From positions 744,001-808,000 of the forward strand of contig ML978123.1 of assembly GCA_010015805.1 (NCBI GenBank): a stretch of DNA of 64,000 nt. The letters are read 5' to 3'. Shown here piece by piece: positions 36,486-50,317 of the stretch. Origin of the DNA: Rhizodiscina lignyota. Its lineage: Eukaryota. A model generated the notes under the pieces. That model did not search any database. It had not been told where the DNA came from and worked only from the letters and a program-made list of their open reading frames with translations. Every line of letters starts with the position of its first letter. Position 1 is the stretch's first letter. The position numbers were made by a program, and so were the translations under genes.

Positions 36486-38318
36486 CTAAAGCATTAGTTC
36501 AAGGGGGTTCTCGACAACCTTCTTCAGCTCGCGCATAAACTCTGCACCAACTGCACCATCGACGAGCTTGTGGTCGAATGACGAAGTAAAGACAATCTGC
36601 TCATCCCATGCAACGGACTCCTTGCCCTCTTCCACATATTCTACGGGTACTGCGACCTTCTTGACCGTTCCGACAGCGATAATAGCGGATTGCTGATGAA
36701 AATGTTAGCGCTGATCTTCACACATTATTCGGTCTAGGTTTCCGAAGTTTCGCCGAGATAGAGTTGCAGTGCTTAAGAATGGGATAATTAATCAGTGACT
36801 GGAAGACTTACCGGTGGGTTGATGATAGCTGAGAATCGGTCTACAGCATCGTTGGCTCCCATATTGGAGATCGTGATTGAGCCTCCTTGGTACTCCTCCG
36901 GTTTGAGCTTTCCGTCTCTCGCCCTCTTCGCAAAATCTTTCACTTGAGAGCTGATAGAAGTCAAACCCAGCGCACCAACGTTCTTAACGATCGGAGTCAT
37001 AAGTCCAATAGGCGTAGCAACTGCAACGGAGACATCAACAACGTTGAATTGACGGATAACAGTCTGGCCACCCTCCTCGCGCCATGAAGAATTGACGGCA
37101 GGGACCTTTTGACAGGCGATAGCAATGGCTTTGACGAGGAAATCGTTGACGCTCAGCTTGTAAGCGCCATTGGCAGATGCGTTCAGTGCGGCTCGAAGCT
37201 TAAGGAGTTTGGAGACGGACACGGTGGACGAGACCCAATAATCAGGGCTCTGGTTCTTGGACTGTGTCAATCTTTGGGCAATGGTCTTGCGCATGCTGGT
37301 GGCAGGGGTATCGACGAATTCAGGTCCTGCTGTCGCAGCGGCGCCACCAGCAGATGCAGCGCCCTTGTACTTCTCAACATCTGACTTTGTGATCTGTCCT
37401 CCAGGTCCAGTGCCTTTCACCTGGCCAATCGGTACACCTTTCTCAAGCGCGAGTCTCTGGGCCGCAGGTGAGATCTTCGGTGCACGCGAAAGGGCTGTCT
37501 CGAGCTTGCCACCAGTGGAGTCGGACTCCTGAGCCTGAATGCCGGCGCCAGATGAAGGTTCTTGCTTCTGCGGCGGTGCACTGTCCGTATCTTTCGATGG
37601 TGGTTCCGATGCGTCAGCTGCTTCTTGCTTTGCGCCTGATGATGGAGGTGCCTTGTCACCACCGGCATCGTCGACAGTGAAGGACTCGAAAGCAGAGACA
37701 TCGGTGCCTTCCTCCACCATGACGGCAATGGGCTGCGAATTATTTCATCAGCATATTTCCATTTTTGTATTGACACGCCTTAGTCCTCTGAGATGAGATG
37801 GAACCTACACTTCCAACGGCCACATCTTTCTCTCCAGACTCCTTCAGAACCTTTGCCAGGACGCCCTCTTCTTGAAACTCGAAATCCATCTGTGCCTTAT
37901 CCGTCTCAATCTCCACCAGCACATCGCCAGGTGCGAGCGTGTCTCCTGCCTTCTTTTGCCACGCGCCGATGTTACCCGCTGTCATTGTAGGGGAGAGGGC
38001 GGGCATGCTAATGACGGTATGGGCGGGAAATGCTGTAGCACAACCAGATTAGTCTCGAAAGAAGTAGTGGGGAAAGAAACCTGCAACACATTACAGGACA
38101 GACATACATTTTGAGGCATAGTATCTCGCGAGAGCTCCAAGCGCAGGTGCTGGCCGTCTGCATCGACATGTTAGTCGCGTCCAGTATCAATTGAGTGATT
38201 TTAGTACTGGCAGAACATACAGTATCGCTCCTCGTGCTCTGGGGATAGATAGGCCAGTTAATGAGCTGTTCCGAAGACATGATTGTCCGGATGCTCGTGC
38301 AATGCGCACGGCGGCCAT
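36486..38318 (-). CDS. LAT1: Pyruvate dehydrogenase E2, dihydrolipoamide acetyltransferase
   Basis: Presequence [10 protein letters not shown], lipoyl domain [26 protein letters not shown]3/E1-binding domain [13 protein letters not shown], catalytic [10 protein letters not shown] and [10 protein letters not shown]; ends ENPLELML*. Several introns. Confidence 0.96.
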
Positions 38319-38801
38319 TGTGAGGGGGTTGGAGCTGCGGGATGGATCGTGTGGAAGGAATTTCTGATGAGGAAGGGTAGGGTGGTGATGGGCAGCTCCA
38401 GAAAGCACCCCGGAAAGATAAAAGAGGGCGGATGAAGGTGGGAGAGGAGAATTGAAAAGTTGTTGGTTCGGACAAGAGCTCAGCGTTGAGCTCAAAAACT
38501 CCGGAAGCCCCTGCACCAGGGATTTTCGCGGCAAAACGCCGGCCTAACGTAGGCATGCGTTTACTCCCTGGACTGGACACTAGTCCCTTCGTATTGGGCC
38601 CTTGAAGTCGACACTTTGCGAGCGCCAGCTGTAAAAGATTACCAGAACCGCACCCTGCCTTTCACACAGTGTTCTTCGTTGCAGAGCGACTGAGGGCTGG
38701 AGTTGTCATCTTCTGACTTTCAAATCATGCAGCCCTAATCGGCCCTTCAACAGCACTGGCGACTCAATTTCCTACGGAGGTCTGCGGAGCTGTCCTATAA
38801 C

Positions 38802-41800
38802 ATGGCCGACGTAGAGGAGGCTCCGCCTCCAGCTACCGCAGGAGACACTCAAGAACGGGGAAGAGAAAATGGGGAAGTTCCGGAGGAACAACGGGAGCAA
38901 GTGCACGAGAATCAAAGGCCTCAGGTGAAGGTCAAACCGTCCGAGGACCGAGTCCCTATCGCTATAGACGGCATACCAAACTCCGCTTCTACTCCTACAA
39001 TAAAACAGACACCAGATGTGCAGTCGCCAGATGCGCCTTCGCCTCAAATGGGCACTCCAATAATCCGAGAACCTGGAGATGCTCCTGAAGCACCAGTGTC
39101 GAGAACTCCGCCAACCAGGCAGCGAACTGAATCCGTCTCTACCACTGCCACTGCTGGCGGTGGCCGCTCCTCTACACGCAGCTCCTTGGTCTTTGTGACC
39201 ACTGCGTTAGAAACAATTGCTAGTTCAAAGGATGCAAGGAGGAACAAAAAGCTTGGAGATGCTGCGCAGAAGGCTCTGTCAGCAATCAAGAGTGATGGTG
39301 ATCCTGCGCGCATCAACCCAGAGGTGCTGTTCGAACCATTACAGCTTGCAAGCGAGGCCCATACAGTCCAAGTTGTAACAACCGCCCTCGACTGCATTGG
39401 CAAGCTCATTAGTTACTCCTACTTCTCCTCTCCTGCCGAACCCCAGCCCGAATCACCAGAACAGCCCCCACTCATCGAGCGCGCAATTGATACGATATGC
39501 GATTGCTTTCAAAGCGAGGCAACGCCGGTTGAGGTGCAGCTCCAGATCGTCAAGAGCTTGTTGGCTGCGATATTGAACGATAAAATCGTGGTGCATGGAG
39601 CTGGGTTGCTGAAAGCTGTGAGGTTGACATACAACATCTTTTTGCTCAGCAAGAGCAGCGCAAACCAGCAGGTCGCGCAAGGAGCGTTAACGCAAATGGT
39701 TGGCACTGTTTTCGAGAGGGTCAAGTCGAGATTGGCCATCAAAGAGCAGAGAATCAATCTCAGCAAAACTTCTCTCGGAAAAGAGTCAGACGAAACTGCA
39801 GAAGGCGAGACTAGCCTGGACGGTATAGATGTCTCCACAGTCAACGGCGATGCTGCGCCTAGCGACACGGCGTCTACAGCTCCGAGTGATATGCCAGTCG
39901 AGAAGCACGATGGCCCAAAAATCACACTGCAAAGCTTTGAGAACCGCAAGAGCTTCGACGATGCAAAGATTAACGATAATGCGCCCACTTTGGTGACGCG
40001 CGTCAAAGCACATCGAAAAACGTCTGCGAAAACAGCGTCGACAAGCGACGTCTCCACACCTGTAGACCAGAATGGACACACACTTGACGAGGACGAAGAA
40101 GATGAAATATACATCAAGGATGCATATCTCGTTTTCCGCGCCATGTGCCGACTCAGTACGAAGTCTGTTCCCGTCGAGCATGCCTTGGACGTCAAATCAC
40201 AGAGTATGCGATCAAAGCTGCTTTCTCTTCATATCATTCACACTATCCTTTACAATCACAACTCTGTGTTTGTCTCTCCATACTCGACAATCAAAAGCAG
40301 CACCCATGACGAACCTACGTCGTTTGTGCAAGCTATCAAGCAATACCTTTGTCTCTCACTGAGTCGCAATGGCGCATCTAACGTACCCCGTGTGTTTGAA
40401 GTCAGCTTGGAGATCTTCTGGTTAATGATAAAGAACTTGCGAGTACTGCTCAAGAAGGAAGTCGAAGTCTTTCTCAAGGAAATCTACATAGCAATTCTCG
40501 ATAAGCGCGCAGCACCAGCTTGGCAAAAGCAAGCTATCCTCGAAGTTTTCAACCGTCTAGCAGCTGACGGTCGTGCGCTCGTCGAGGTATACCTCAACTA
40601 TGACTGCGATCGTTCAGCTCTCGACAACATCTTCGAAAGGATGGTTGAACATCTCTCAAGAATAGCAACTGTGCCAATTTCTGTCACTCAAGTCCAATAC
40701 CAAGCTTTTCTTGAGCACCAAATGAAATCTAACTCCAGCCTCTCCGACTGGCAACACAGAGGCACAATACCGCCGAGTTTGGCAACTGCTGCCATTGGAC
40801 TCAATCAGGATATGGACCAAGGCTTCCCGGCAGAATTATCCATGAAACAAGAATCCCTCGAGGCACTTGTAGAAATTCTACGGTCTTTGGTCAATTGGTC
40901 GAACAATGGCCCTGGTGCTGAGCGTTTGAGCATGCGAGAACCTGAGTCTAGGAATTCAATGGAAGATATTCGCTCCTCAATGGAAACGAGAGAGACTAGC
41001 GGGACTTCACCCATCCCTCCTACAACAGGAGGCACCGACTCGCCAGGCACTGCAACTCCTATCCCAGAAGACGATCCAGGCCAGTTGGAGAGGGAAAAGC
41101 GAAGAAAAACTGCCATGACGAATGCTGTCCGCCAATTCAACTTCAAGCCCAAGCGGGGAGTCAAAGTGCTGATCAAGGAAGGCTTCATCAAATCTGACTC
41201 TCCTCAAGACATAGCCGTCTTCCTCCTAGGCAATGATCAGATCAACAAGGCATCCCTCGGCGAGTTTCTCGGAGAAGGTGACGAAAACAACGTCAAAATT
41301 ATGCATGCCTTTATCGATTCGATGGATTTCCGGCAAACTAGATTCGTGGATGCTTTACGACGATTCTTGCAGAGCTTCAGGCTCCCCGGAGAGGCCCAAA
41401 AGATCGATAGGCTTATGGAAAAGTTTGCCGCCCGATACATCACCGGAAATCCAAAGGCTTTTGCAAATGCGGAAACGGCATACGTACTTGCATACAGCGT
41501 GGTCATGTTAAATACGGATCAGCATTCTCCCAACATCAAAAACAAACGCATGACCCCCGAGGACTTTATCAAGAACAACCGTGGCATCAACGACGGTGCA
41601 GATTTGCCAGATGATTACCTGAGAGGTATCTTTGATGAGATTGCGCACAACGAGATCGTTCTTAACACCGAGCGAGAAAATGCTGCGAACTTGGGCATGA
41701 TTCAACCCGTGGCGAACACTGGCTTAGCTGCAAGCATTGGACAAGCACTATCAGGGAGGGACCTGAAACGAGAGGCGAGTGCACAGGCTAGTGAAGAAAT

Positions 41801-44800
41801 TGCGAGCAAGACGGAATTACTGTACAAAACTCTGCTCCGTTCTCAAAGGCGCAGCAAAGCTGAGGTCTCGCGTTTCATTCCGGCTACTTCTTCTAAACAC
41901 GTCGGTCCAATGTTTCAGGTTACTTGGATGCCGTTCCTGACCGCTCTCTCTGGCGCCGCGCAAGACACTCAAAATCTCGAGACCGTGAGACTCTGCATGG
42001 AGGGTTTGCGACTTGCGATTAGAGTGGCTTGTGAATTTGATCTTGAGGATCCTCGACAGGCATTTGTTGCCGCTCTTGGGCGCTTCACAAATCTCTATAA
42101 TCTTAGCGAAATGAAAGCCAAGAATGTGGAGGCTCTGAAAGTGCTCATTGAGGTCGCACACATGGAGGGCAATGGCCTCAAGCAGAGCTGGCGCGATATC
42201 TTGACCTGCATCAGTCAGCTTGATCGATTCCAACTCATATCTACGGGCGTCGATGAAGGGGCTATTCCTGATGTATTCAAGGCAGGTCAACAATTGGCCA
42301 GAACAAACACAAGCAGCAGCGCTGGACGGAAGAGCTTGAACGTACCCAACCGAGTAAGGCCACGGAGTTCGAGTGGGATGTATCAGTCTGATATCGCCGA
42401 GGAGAGCCGAAGTGCAGATATAATTCGGGGCGTTGATCGCATCTTCACGAATACTGCCAATCTTTCTGGCGAAGCAATTCTGCACTTTGTCAGGGCACTT
42501 ACGCAGGTCAGTTGGCAAGAAATTCAGTCGTCTGGCCAATCTCAGTCACCTCGGACGTATTCGCTACAAAAGTTGGTCGAGGTGTGCGGGTACAACATGA
42601 CTCGTGTACGCTTCGAATGGACACAAATCTGGGCTATACTTGGATCGCATTTCAACCAGGTCGGATGCCACACCAATACCACAATTGTGTTCTTTGCTCT
42701 GGATTCGCTGCGACAATTGAGCATGCGTTTCATGGAGATTGAGGAATTGCCGGGTTTCAAGTTCCAGAAGGACTTCTTGAAGCCGTTCGAACATGTCATT
42801 GGCAATTCAAGTGTCGTTCCAGTCAAGGATATGGTACTCAGATGTCTGATCCAAATGATCCAGGCTAGGGGTGAGATGATAAGAAGTGGGTGGCGGACAA
42901 TGTTTGGTGTTTTTACTGTTGCAGCCAGAGAGCCTCACGGTCAGTCGTTTTATGCATTTTGTCTTTCCCTGTTTCAGCAGACTGATGAGCTACTCCAGAG
43001 GCGATCGTCAATATGGCTTATGACAACGTCACTCACATTTACAACACCCGCTTCGGCGTCGTGATTTCCCAAGGCGCCTTTGCCGATCTTATCGTATGCT
43101 TCACACAATTTGCCAAGAATATGCGCTTCCAGAAGAAGTCACTGCAGGCAATTGAGACTCTCAAATCCAGTGTGCCAAAGATGTTGAGGACGCCTGAGTG
43201 TCCACTCTCTGCAAAGGTCGAGGCAAAGAAGGAGCCTGCTCAGATGGGCGAGGGTGAGAAACAGCCAAGCCAACAGACGCAAGAAGAACAGTTCTGGTTT
43301 CCAGTGCTCTTCGCATTTCACGATGTGCTCATGACTGGAGAGGACCTTGAGGTCCGGTCGCGGTGAGTCTTGCTCCTACCTTGGCATTCTTTTTTTCTGC
43401 AAGTGTCCTGATGAATCTCTTTAGAGCCCAACGCTACCTCTTTGAAACGCTCATCAATTATGGTGGCGACTTCCCCCGCGACTTCTGGGACACTCTTTGG
43501 CGCCAACTGCTCTATCCTATTTTCATGGTCTTGCGCTCAAAATCCGAAATGTCGAAAGTAGTCAATCACGAAGAACTCTCCGTCTGGCTCTCCACGACGA
43601 TGATCGAAGCCCTGAGGAACATGATCAGCCTGTTTACGCACTTTTACGATTCTTTGGAGTACATGCTGGACCGTTTTCTGGATCTCCTCACTCTTTGTAT
43701 CTGTCAAGAGAACGACACGCTCGCTAGGATCGGCAGCAACTGCTTGCAGCAGCTCATCTTGCAGAATGTCACAAAATTCGAGCCGGAGCATTGGTACAAA
43801 ATCGTTGGTGCCTTTGTGGAGCTTTTCAACCGTACGGAAGCAACTGCACTCTTTTCTGCCGTTACAACATCATCTCTCGGTCTCGCTAGTGCTTCAAATG
43901 GTAACAAGACACCAAAAACACCAACTGCGGCCGACCCTCAGTTCTCGTCTGAACTCCAGCTGAACGAATCCTCAACACCGATAGTAAAAGAACCTTCCGA
44001 GTCGATCCCTGAGGATCAAGACACCACTGGCCTTGGCATTAACGGCCTCCAACCAACTCATTCCCGAACCTCGACGGTGACGTCCGACATCTCCGCCACA
44101 TCTTCGCGCCAAGCCTCCCCACTACCCAAATCTGCTGCTGTCGCGGAGCTAGAAGACTACTCCAATCCCGAAGGAGGCAACTCGAGCATCCAACAAACGC
44201 CTGTTCCAGTGTCTGCCGCACGGCGCCGGCTGTTCAATCAGATCATCACAAAATGCGTGCTACAGCTCCTCATGATTGAGACTGTGCATGAACTGTTCAG
44301 TAATGATGCAGTTTACGCCCAGATCCCATCAGATGAGCTGTTGCGACTTATGGGGCTGCTAAAGAAGAGCTACCACTTCGCCAAGCGCTTCAATAATGAC
44401 AGGGATCTCCGCACGCGTCTGTGGAGGGAGGGCTTCATGAAGCAACCACCCAACCTCTTGAAGCAGGAATCTGGTGCCGCAAGCGTCTATGTTAGCATTC
44501 TCCTCCGTATGTACCATGACCCGTCACCGAAGCGGGCGGCGAGCAGGGACGATACAGAACAGGCACTCGTACCGCTCTGCGCCGACATTGTCGCCAGCTA
44601 CGTCGAATTGGACGAGGAGACGCAGCAGCGGAACATTGTCACCTGGAGACCCGTTGTCGTTGACGTTCTGGAGGGATACACTGGCTTCCCACCGCCTGAG
44701 TTCGAGAGGCACGTTGGCATTTTCGCTCCGCTGATTGTCGCACTCCTAGGACGGGAGATGGGGCCGGAATTGCAAAGGGCAGTGCAGGGACTGCTAGCGA

Positions 44801-44934
44801 GAATGTTTGAGGTGAAGATGGGAGTGGATTGCACTGCATATGTTGGCATGAGCTCTGCTTTAGGGAGCGTTGGGGCTACACCGACTAGTCCAAGAGGAAG
44901 TCTTGGTGGAAGGCGATGGAGTCGAGGAAGATGA
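38802..44934 (+). CDS. SEC7: Large ARF guanine-nucleotide exchange factor Sec7/BIG
   Basis: DCB and HUS regions (YLNYDCD), Sec7 domain FRLPGEAQKIDRLM and LAYSVVMLNTDQH, and HDS domains (LDSLRQLSMRF, IRSGWRTMF). Two introns near 42940 and 43363. Confidence 0.97.
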
Positions 44935-45583
44935 GGAATTGCGGCAGTTGAGACTGTTGCTTAGGACATATGGTTTGCTTAATTTAGGCGTTTAAAACTT
45001 ATTGGGCGGAGCGAGAGCTGTTGAGTATGGAAGCCTTTTGTGTATGAATATTCTATACCATTCTTGTACAGGAAGCTGCGCTCTTGGAAGGGCATAAAGA
45101 TTGAATCTCCTAGCGCTACAACATCAAAACATCAGAACCTATCCTTCCGACGAAGACATTCACAATTCCTGTAAATTCCGCCTCGCATCCGACTTCAATT
45201 GTGCGCGCAGGGGGTCCGAGTGCTTCATAGCGTCGCCGGAGTTAAGAACAAGAAAGCGGGTCGACCGGTGGGCGAAATACGGCCGACTGCTTCCAGACGT
45301 CACATCTCTGCCTTGCGAAACTTACGTGGCTTTCGTAACCACGTCCGCGTATATATCATCCTATGATACCCCTTCGTTTCTGAGGTAGCAGATCTAAACT
45401 GCTATCTCATTTTTCTTCGCCATCTTGAATTCCTTTACCGCACTGCCCCTTTGGGTAGAAACTATCCAACCACGCACAAGAGCGACGAACGCGCTTATCC
45501 GGATACGAGGACTGAGAGAGAGCTGTAGGACGAAGCTCTGGGCGGGCTGGCATATCATCAAGAGCAGATACAGTACTGGCGCA

Positions 45584-47373
45584 ATGGCGTCTACGGCAGA
45601 CAGCGACGGCGAGGTGTCAAGTGTGAGGGATAGAGGACAACAGAATGCACTAGCGAGCAAGAGACAGGATTCGCAGGCGCAGAGGGCGAACCAGAGGTTC
45701 CCTCTCGGATGGAAAGACGGACTGAATCAATGGGTACGGCGCGCTTCCTTCTCATCCGAAGAGTAGAACACCAGAACGAGAGACTGACCAAGCGGCAGTG
45801 GGCATGCCTTTCACCTACGACGACAGAGCACCGAGTATTATCGTTCATACCTTACCTTCAACAACCGCCAACGCACACGGAAACAGGCTCTGCGCCGTCG
45901 TCAACAAGTCCATCTGCTGTCAATCTCACGGATGGGACTGGGAATCCAATGGTCAATCTGGGCCAACCAGCGACTCCCGTGACAACGAGTTCAGTTACAG
46001 ACCCGTATGGACCGAGACGGTGGCATTCAAATCTGGTCCCTTTGAGTGGGAGGAATCGCGCTTTGAATGAATTCTCAGTGGAGAGGGTGGATGAGGAAGT
46101 GGAGAACAACTTGGTGATGCTGCATGGCTATGGCGCAGGCTTGGGCTTCTTCTATAAGAATTTCGAGGCACTATCTCGAGCACCAGGTTGGAAACTTTAC
46201 GCGCTCGACCTTCTGGGCATGGGACGAAGCACGAGGCCGCCGTTCAGGATCCACGCCAAAGACCATAATGGCAAGATAACGGAGGCGGAGAATTGGTTCA
46301 TTGATGCTTTGGAAGAGTGGAGACAAGCCAAAAAGATTGAGAAGTTCACGCTTCTTGGGCATTCCATGGGTGGATACATGGCCGTGGCATATGCGCTCAA
46401 ATATCCCGGCCACCTCAACAAATTAATTCTCGCGAGTCCCGTCGGTATACCAGAAGATCCATATGCCGTCAACGCAGACCTCCCCGAACCCCAAGAATCC
46501 ACCATGATCAACGAGTTCACCCAAGATCAAGACGAGACCACAGGCAGCAATGCTGCTTCCAGCGATGGAAATAATTTCCTGGGCAAGAAGGCTCAACACG
46601 AGGCACAAGCTGGAGCAACATCACAACAAGAACCACCACGAAGGCCGTATCCCAAATGGCTTACTACGCTCTGGGACGCCAACTTCAGTCCATTCACCTT
46701 TGTCCGCTGGACCGGGCCGCTAGGTCCACGTCTCGTGTCTGGCTGGACATCGCGGCGTTTCAGCCATCTTCCTGAGGAAGAAGCCCAGGCTCTCCACGAC
46801 TATTCTTACAGCTTGTTCCGCCAACGTGGTAGCGGCGAGTACGTCCTGGCCTATGTCCTTGCTCCCGGTGCGTTCGCTCGGAGTCCTTTGATCAGGCGGA
46901 TACAGGGAGTTGGCCGACAATATCTAAGACCTCACGATGGACCAACAGCGGATTCTGGACCTCGAGATGTTCCCCCGGGAGCATCAACGATGCCTGGGTC
47001 CTCGGCTTCTTCAGCTATTACTGGCGCAGATTCTGGTTCCACTCCTGCCACTTCATCCGCTGACCTTACAAACCCTGAAGATCGCCCGAGGGAGAATGGC
47101 TTCCCTGTCGTCTTGATGTATGGCGAGAACGATTGGATGGATGTCAAAGGCGGGTATGCCGCACAGGAGAAGATTCTCAATCTGAAGAAGGAGATTCTGA
47201 AAAGCAAGAGTGCAGAAGAGAAGGCCAAGGACGAGGGTGATGCCAAGGTCATCATCGTGCCGGACGCTGGTCATCACCTCTACCTCGATGGGTGGGAGTA
47301 CTTCAATAAGAAGATGCTGAAGGAGATGGACGAGGTGAGCAAGCGGGAGAAGAGGAAGAGAAGTCAGCAATGA
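45584..47373 (+). CDS. Alpha/beta hydrolase, ABHD4/ABHD5 family (Ict1/Cld1/Ecm18-like lipid deacylase/acyltransferase)
   Basis: VMLHGYGAGLGFFYKNF, DLLGMGRS, GHSMGGY, LILASPVG, YGENDWMD and AGHHLYLD (HxxxxD). Intron near 45733. Start codon uncertain. Confidence 0.88.
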
Positions 47374-47594
47374 TATACATACTATTCGGCGTTATGGAAG
47401 GACGACTGGGACGTTCATAGAGGCTTGGGAAAGCAATGGTATACGGCAATGGGTCTGCCTTCCTCTTGCAATGCTTTGAATGAGCGGTAGAGCGTTTATC
47501 GCCTGCATCTCTGGAGGCTTAATCGCCTGTTTTGTTCAACACCTAGATTCATATAGAAACCGTGAGTGATGGATGACTCCACATTCGTACCTAA

Positions 47595-47876
47595 TTTAAA
47601 GCGCAATTCGCCTCCAACGTACAAACTAGTTCACCCTATGTGAATGCGCTGCATGCAGCCATAAAATATGGTCATCTGGGAATAGTCGAGCTGCTGCTTG
47701 ATCGAGGCGCGGTCGTCAATACGGAAAGTGAATATTTCGGAAACCCACTACGGGCATACGACTACAAGGTTCCTGAGCTAATCACCGAACTACTACGATC
47801 CAGAGGCATCGATGTCCGTATGAGAGAACATAGTATGCGCAGCACTCGCCATAAAGAATTTGAGGATTTGGATTGA
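47595..47876 (+). pseudogene. Isolated ankyrin-repeat fragment without ATG
   Basis: NALHAAIKYGHLGIVELLLDRGAVVN..EYFGNPL..ELLRSRG fits the ankyrin consensus. The frame is bounded by TAA at 47592-47594 with no ATG before the repeat. Confidence 0.65.
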
Positions 47877-48501
47877 AAGATATTCTTTGATGTACAATCA
47901 CAAATAGTAGATCAGGATAGCGAGAATGGTATCTAGGGGAATTTCATGGTTCTTTTGTTGAAGTAATATATGAAACTTTATGAAAAGACGCCTACGTTCC
48001 TCGTGATGAAGTCCTCCCTTGCGAACGCAGGTGAGCGTTGAGGGTCGGAAATGCACCTCAAAAGACCATGTAGCGGGAAGGACGAGTCCCCAGTTGATAA
48101 AATGAGATATAAAGCGCAATACAGCTTGTTACGTGTAATGGTATCGGGTCAGCCGTGAAGCAGGTAAGGTCGCGTGAAATCGTTGCTGTAGATCGGTAAA
48201 ACCTCGTCAGGATATCGGTAAATGGATACCAAGATGACGTCTAATCTCTCTCCCTTTCGATGTCACGTTCAGTCTCTCGTCGTCCAAACAGCACCTGCAT
48301 TACCTTCCCAATTTTCGGATTTCAGACACCAATAGAGTTTCTAATCAGCTGCACACATCACTAGCATGTCTTTTCTGCGTTCTCTCGTCGGTAGTTGAGG
48401 CATTCGCCGCCGCGTGACAACACGCGCCACGAATTAAACTATCCGACAACCAACTTCGCTCCTCTATTGTACAATTCCTCAAGTTCAGGGCCGGAAAAAA
48501 A

Positions 48502-49851
48502 ATGTCCAAACTTGATCAGATAGTTAAAGGCGCCCCCCCGCCTAACGTCTCCGCCTCCAATATCGCGCAAACAACGTCCGATCCAACTGCCCTTTTACCC
48601 AGTTCCCCGCCTCAGATATATCTCAATCTGCTCATCCTCGAAGCCTCCCTCCGCGCACAGTACCTCCACCTGCTGTCGCGACGCCGCCAGAACACCTCCG
48701 CACTCATCATTCTTGCGCTCTGGCTCGCGTACTTTGCCTACGCGCAATTTTTGCGCCCTCGTAACGATGGCAGCGGTATTGTGGGTGGCAGCCCGTACTG
48801 GGCAGTCGATACGGCGGAGAAGATGGCTTTGATGGGCGGCGCGGTACTGGCTGTGCTCTTCTGGGCAACGGGGCAGTGGGAGAGGGGCGTGCGGTGGCCT
48901 AGAAGATGGATTGCCGTGACGAATAGGGGCTTGAGGGGCTTCAATTGCAAGATTGTGGTTCTGAAAGGGAGGTGGTGGCGTGAGGGAATGGGGCAACTGA
49001 TATGCCTGATGCTGCCGCTCGCGCTGTTCTGGCCTGCGTTTGATGGCGGGGTGATGGGAACGCCAGGCAATGGAGGGGAATATACGCGCGTGGAGTACAC
49101 GAATACAGAGAAGAGGGCGATGTTGCGGATGGGACAGCACGTGCCGAGGCATATGGAGCCGGTAGAAGAGGATGTTTCTCCTGGTGGTGATGTGGTGAAG
49201 TTATTATTATTGCCGAAACCATTCACGCCGGATTTCAGAGAGAACTGGGAGATTTTCAGGACGGAGTATTGGGAAACGGAGAATGCGAGAAGAGCGGAAT
49301 TGAGGAAGAGAGTGCGAGCTCGGCAGAGGGAGGTTGCGAAAAAGGAAGGTGGATGGCTATGGTGGGCCGGTTGGAGAGGATTGCCAGGAAGAAAGAGCAG
49401 GAGTGCCACGCCAGAGGAGGGAGAGAGGAGCAGGCCGCATAGTCACAGCCATTCGCACAGTTTGACGCACCAACGGGAGCTAAAGGAGAAGAAGAGGAGG
49501 AGCAGTGCTCTGGGCCAGCGGATGGAGAGGGAAGGGTCACACTCAAGGAGCTCGTCCCGAAGCTCGACCATCACGATTGATGGTGAAAACGAGCGGCCTG
49601 CTAAGTCTTCGGGCGTAGCCGCGGAAAGAGGACGAAGGCGAAAGGCACCATCCTTAAGAGAGGGAGGGTTGACGTCTCGCCCTTCACCACTCACGCCCGC
49701 CGGATCGAGACCGGGCACTCCAGGCATTGGCGCTGGTAATCTCAGAGAGTCTGGTTTGAGGAAGCAAGCTAGCACACTGAGCACAGGGAGCGAAGGAAGC
49801 GATTCAACAACTGATCCCAGACTCAAGACAGAGCCTGGAGACACACCATAA
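48502..49851 (+). CDS. SPO7: Spo7, regulatory subunit of the Nem1-Spo7 phosphatase
   Basis: SSPPQIYLNLLILEASLRAQY, two TM segments, LFWATGQW..RWPRRW..TNRGLRGFN and KLLLLPKPFTPDFRENWEIFRTEYW. Confidence 0.9.
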   Translation: MSKLDQIVKGAPPPNVSASNIAQTTSDPTALLPSSPPQIYLNLLILEASLRAQYLHLLSRRRQNTSALIILALWLAYFAYAQFLRPRNDGSGIVGGSPYWAVDTAEKMALMGGAVLAVLFWATGQWERGVRWPRRWIAVTNRGLRGFNCKIVVLKGRWWREGMGQLICLMLPLALFWPAFDGGVMGTPGNGGEYTRVEYTNTEKRAMLRMGQHVPRHMEPVEEDVSPGGDVVKLLLLPKPFTPDFRENWEIFRTEYWETENARRAELRKRVRARQREVAKKEGGWLWWAGWRGLPGRKSRSATPEEGERSRPHSHSHSHSLTHQRELKEKKRRSSALGQRMEREGSHSRSSSRSSTITIDGENERPAKSSGVAAERGRRRKAPSLREGGLTSRPSPLTPAGSRPGTPGIGAGNLRESGLRKQASTLSTGSEGSDSTTDPRLKTEPGDTP

Positions 49852-50317
49852 AGCAAGCAGAAATTCAAGCTAACAGGAGAAACAATACCAGCAACATTTG
49901 TTACTTGGGCTGGACTGGTCTTGAGGCTTGCATGTGCTGTCTCTCCCCTCGCCGTCATCCATATTAGGGTTAAGGTCCATTGTGCACGCAATAGCAATTG
50001 CAGACAGAGGAAACTACAAGCGGTCCACTGCTTGAAAGAATCTTTGTGAAGAGTTCATGCTTGGATCGTGTTGCACCCCTTGTCTTACTGACGCACTGTT
50101 AAACGCAACAATTGCTTCTGTCTCAGGCAGTCAATATGGTGTAAGACATCTAGCAAGATAAAGAGGGGCTTGCTGGGTGATAGTCCTGTTGCCTTTAAAT
50201 CTTCCATAACTCTCCCTCCTTTCTTCCCAGATCCATACCTAAATTTCGCGGCCTTCTGTTCTCCGCTCGTACCTCTGCTTTATACAATTCCTTGACCACA
50301 GAAACCGAAACCAAGCA

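Noticed and set aside
48595..49997. Long antisense ORFs over SPO7 (similar ones occur over SEC7, niiA and the rhodanese)
   Set aside because: Shadow frames of strongly coding, GC-rich genes.
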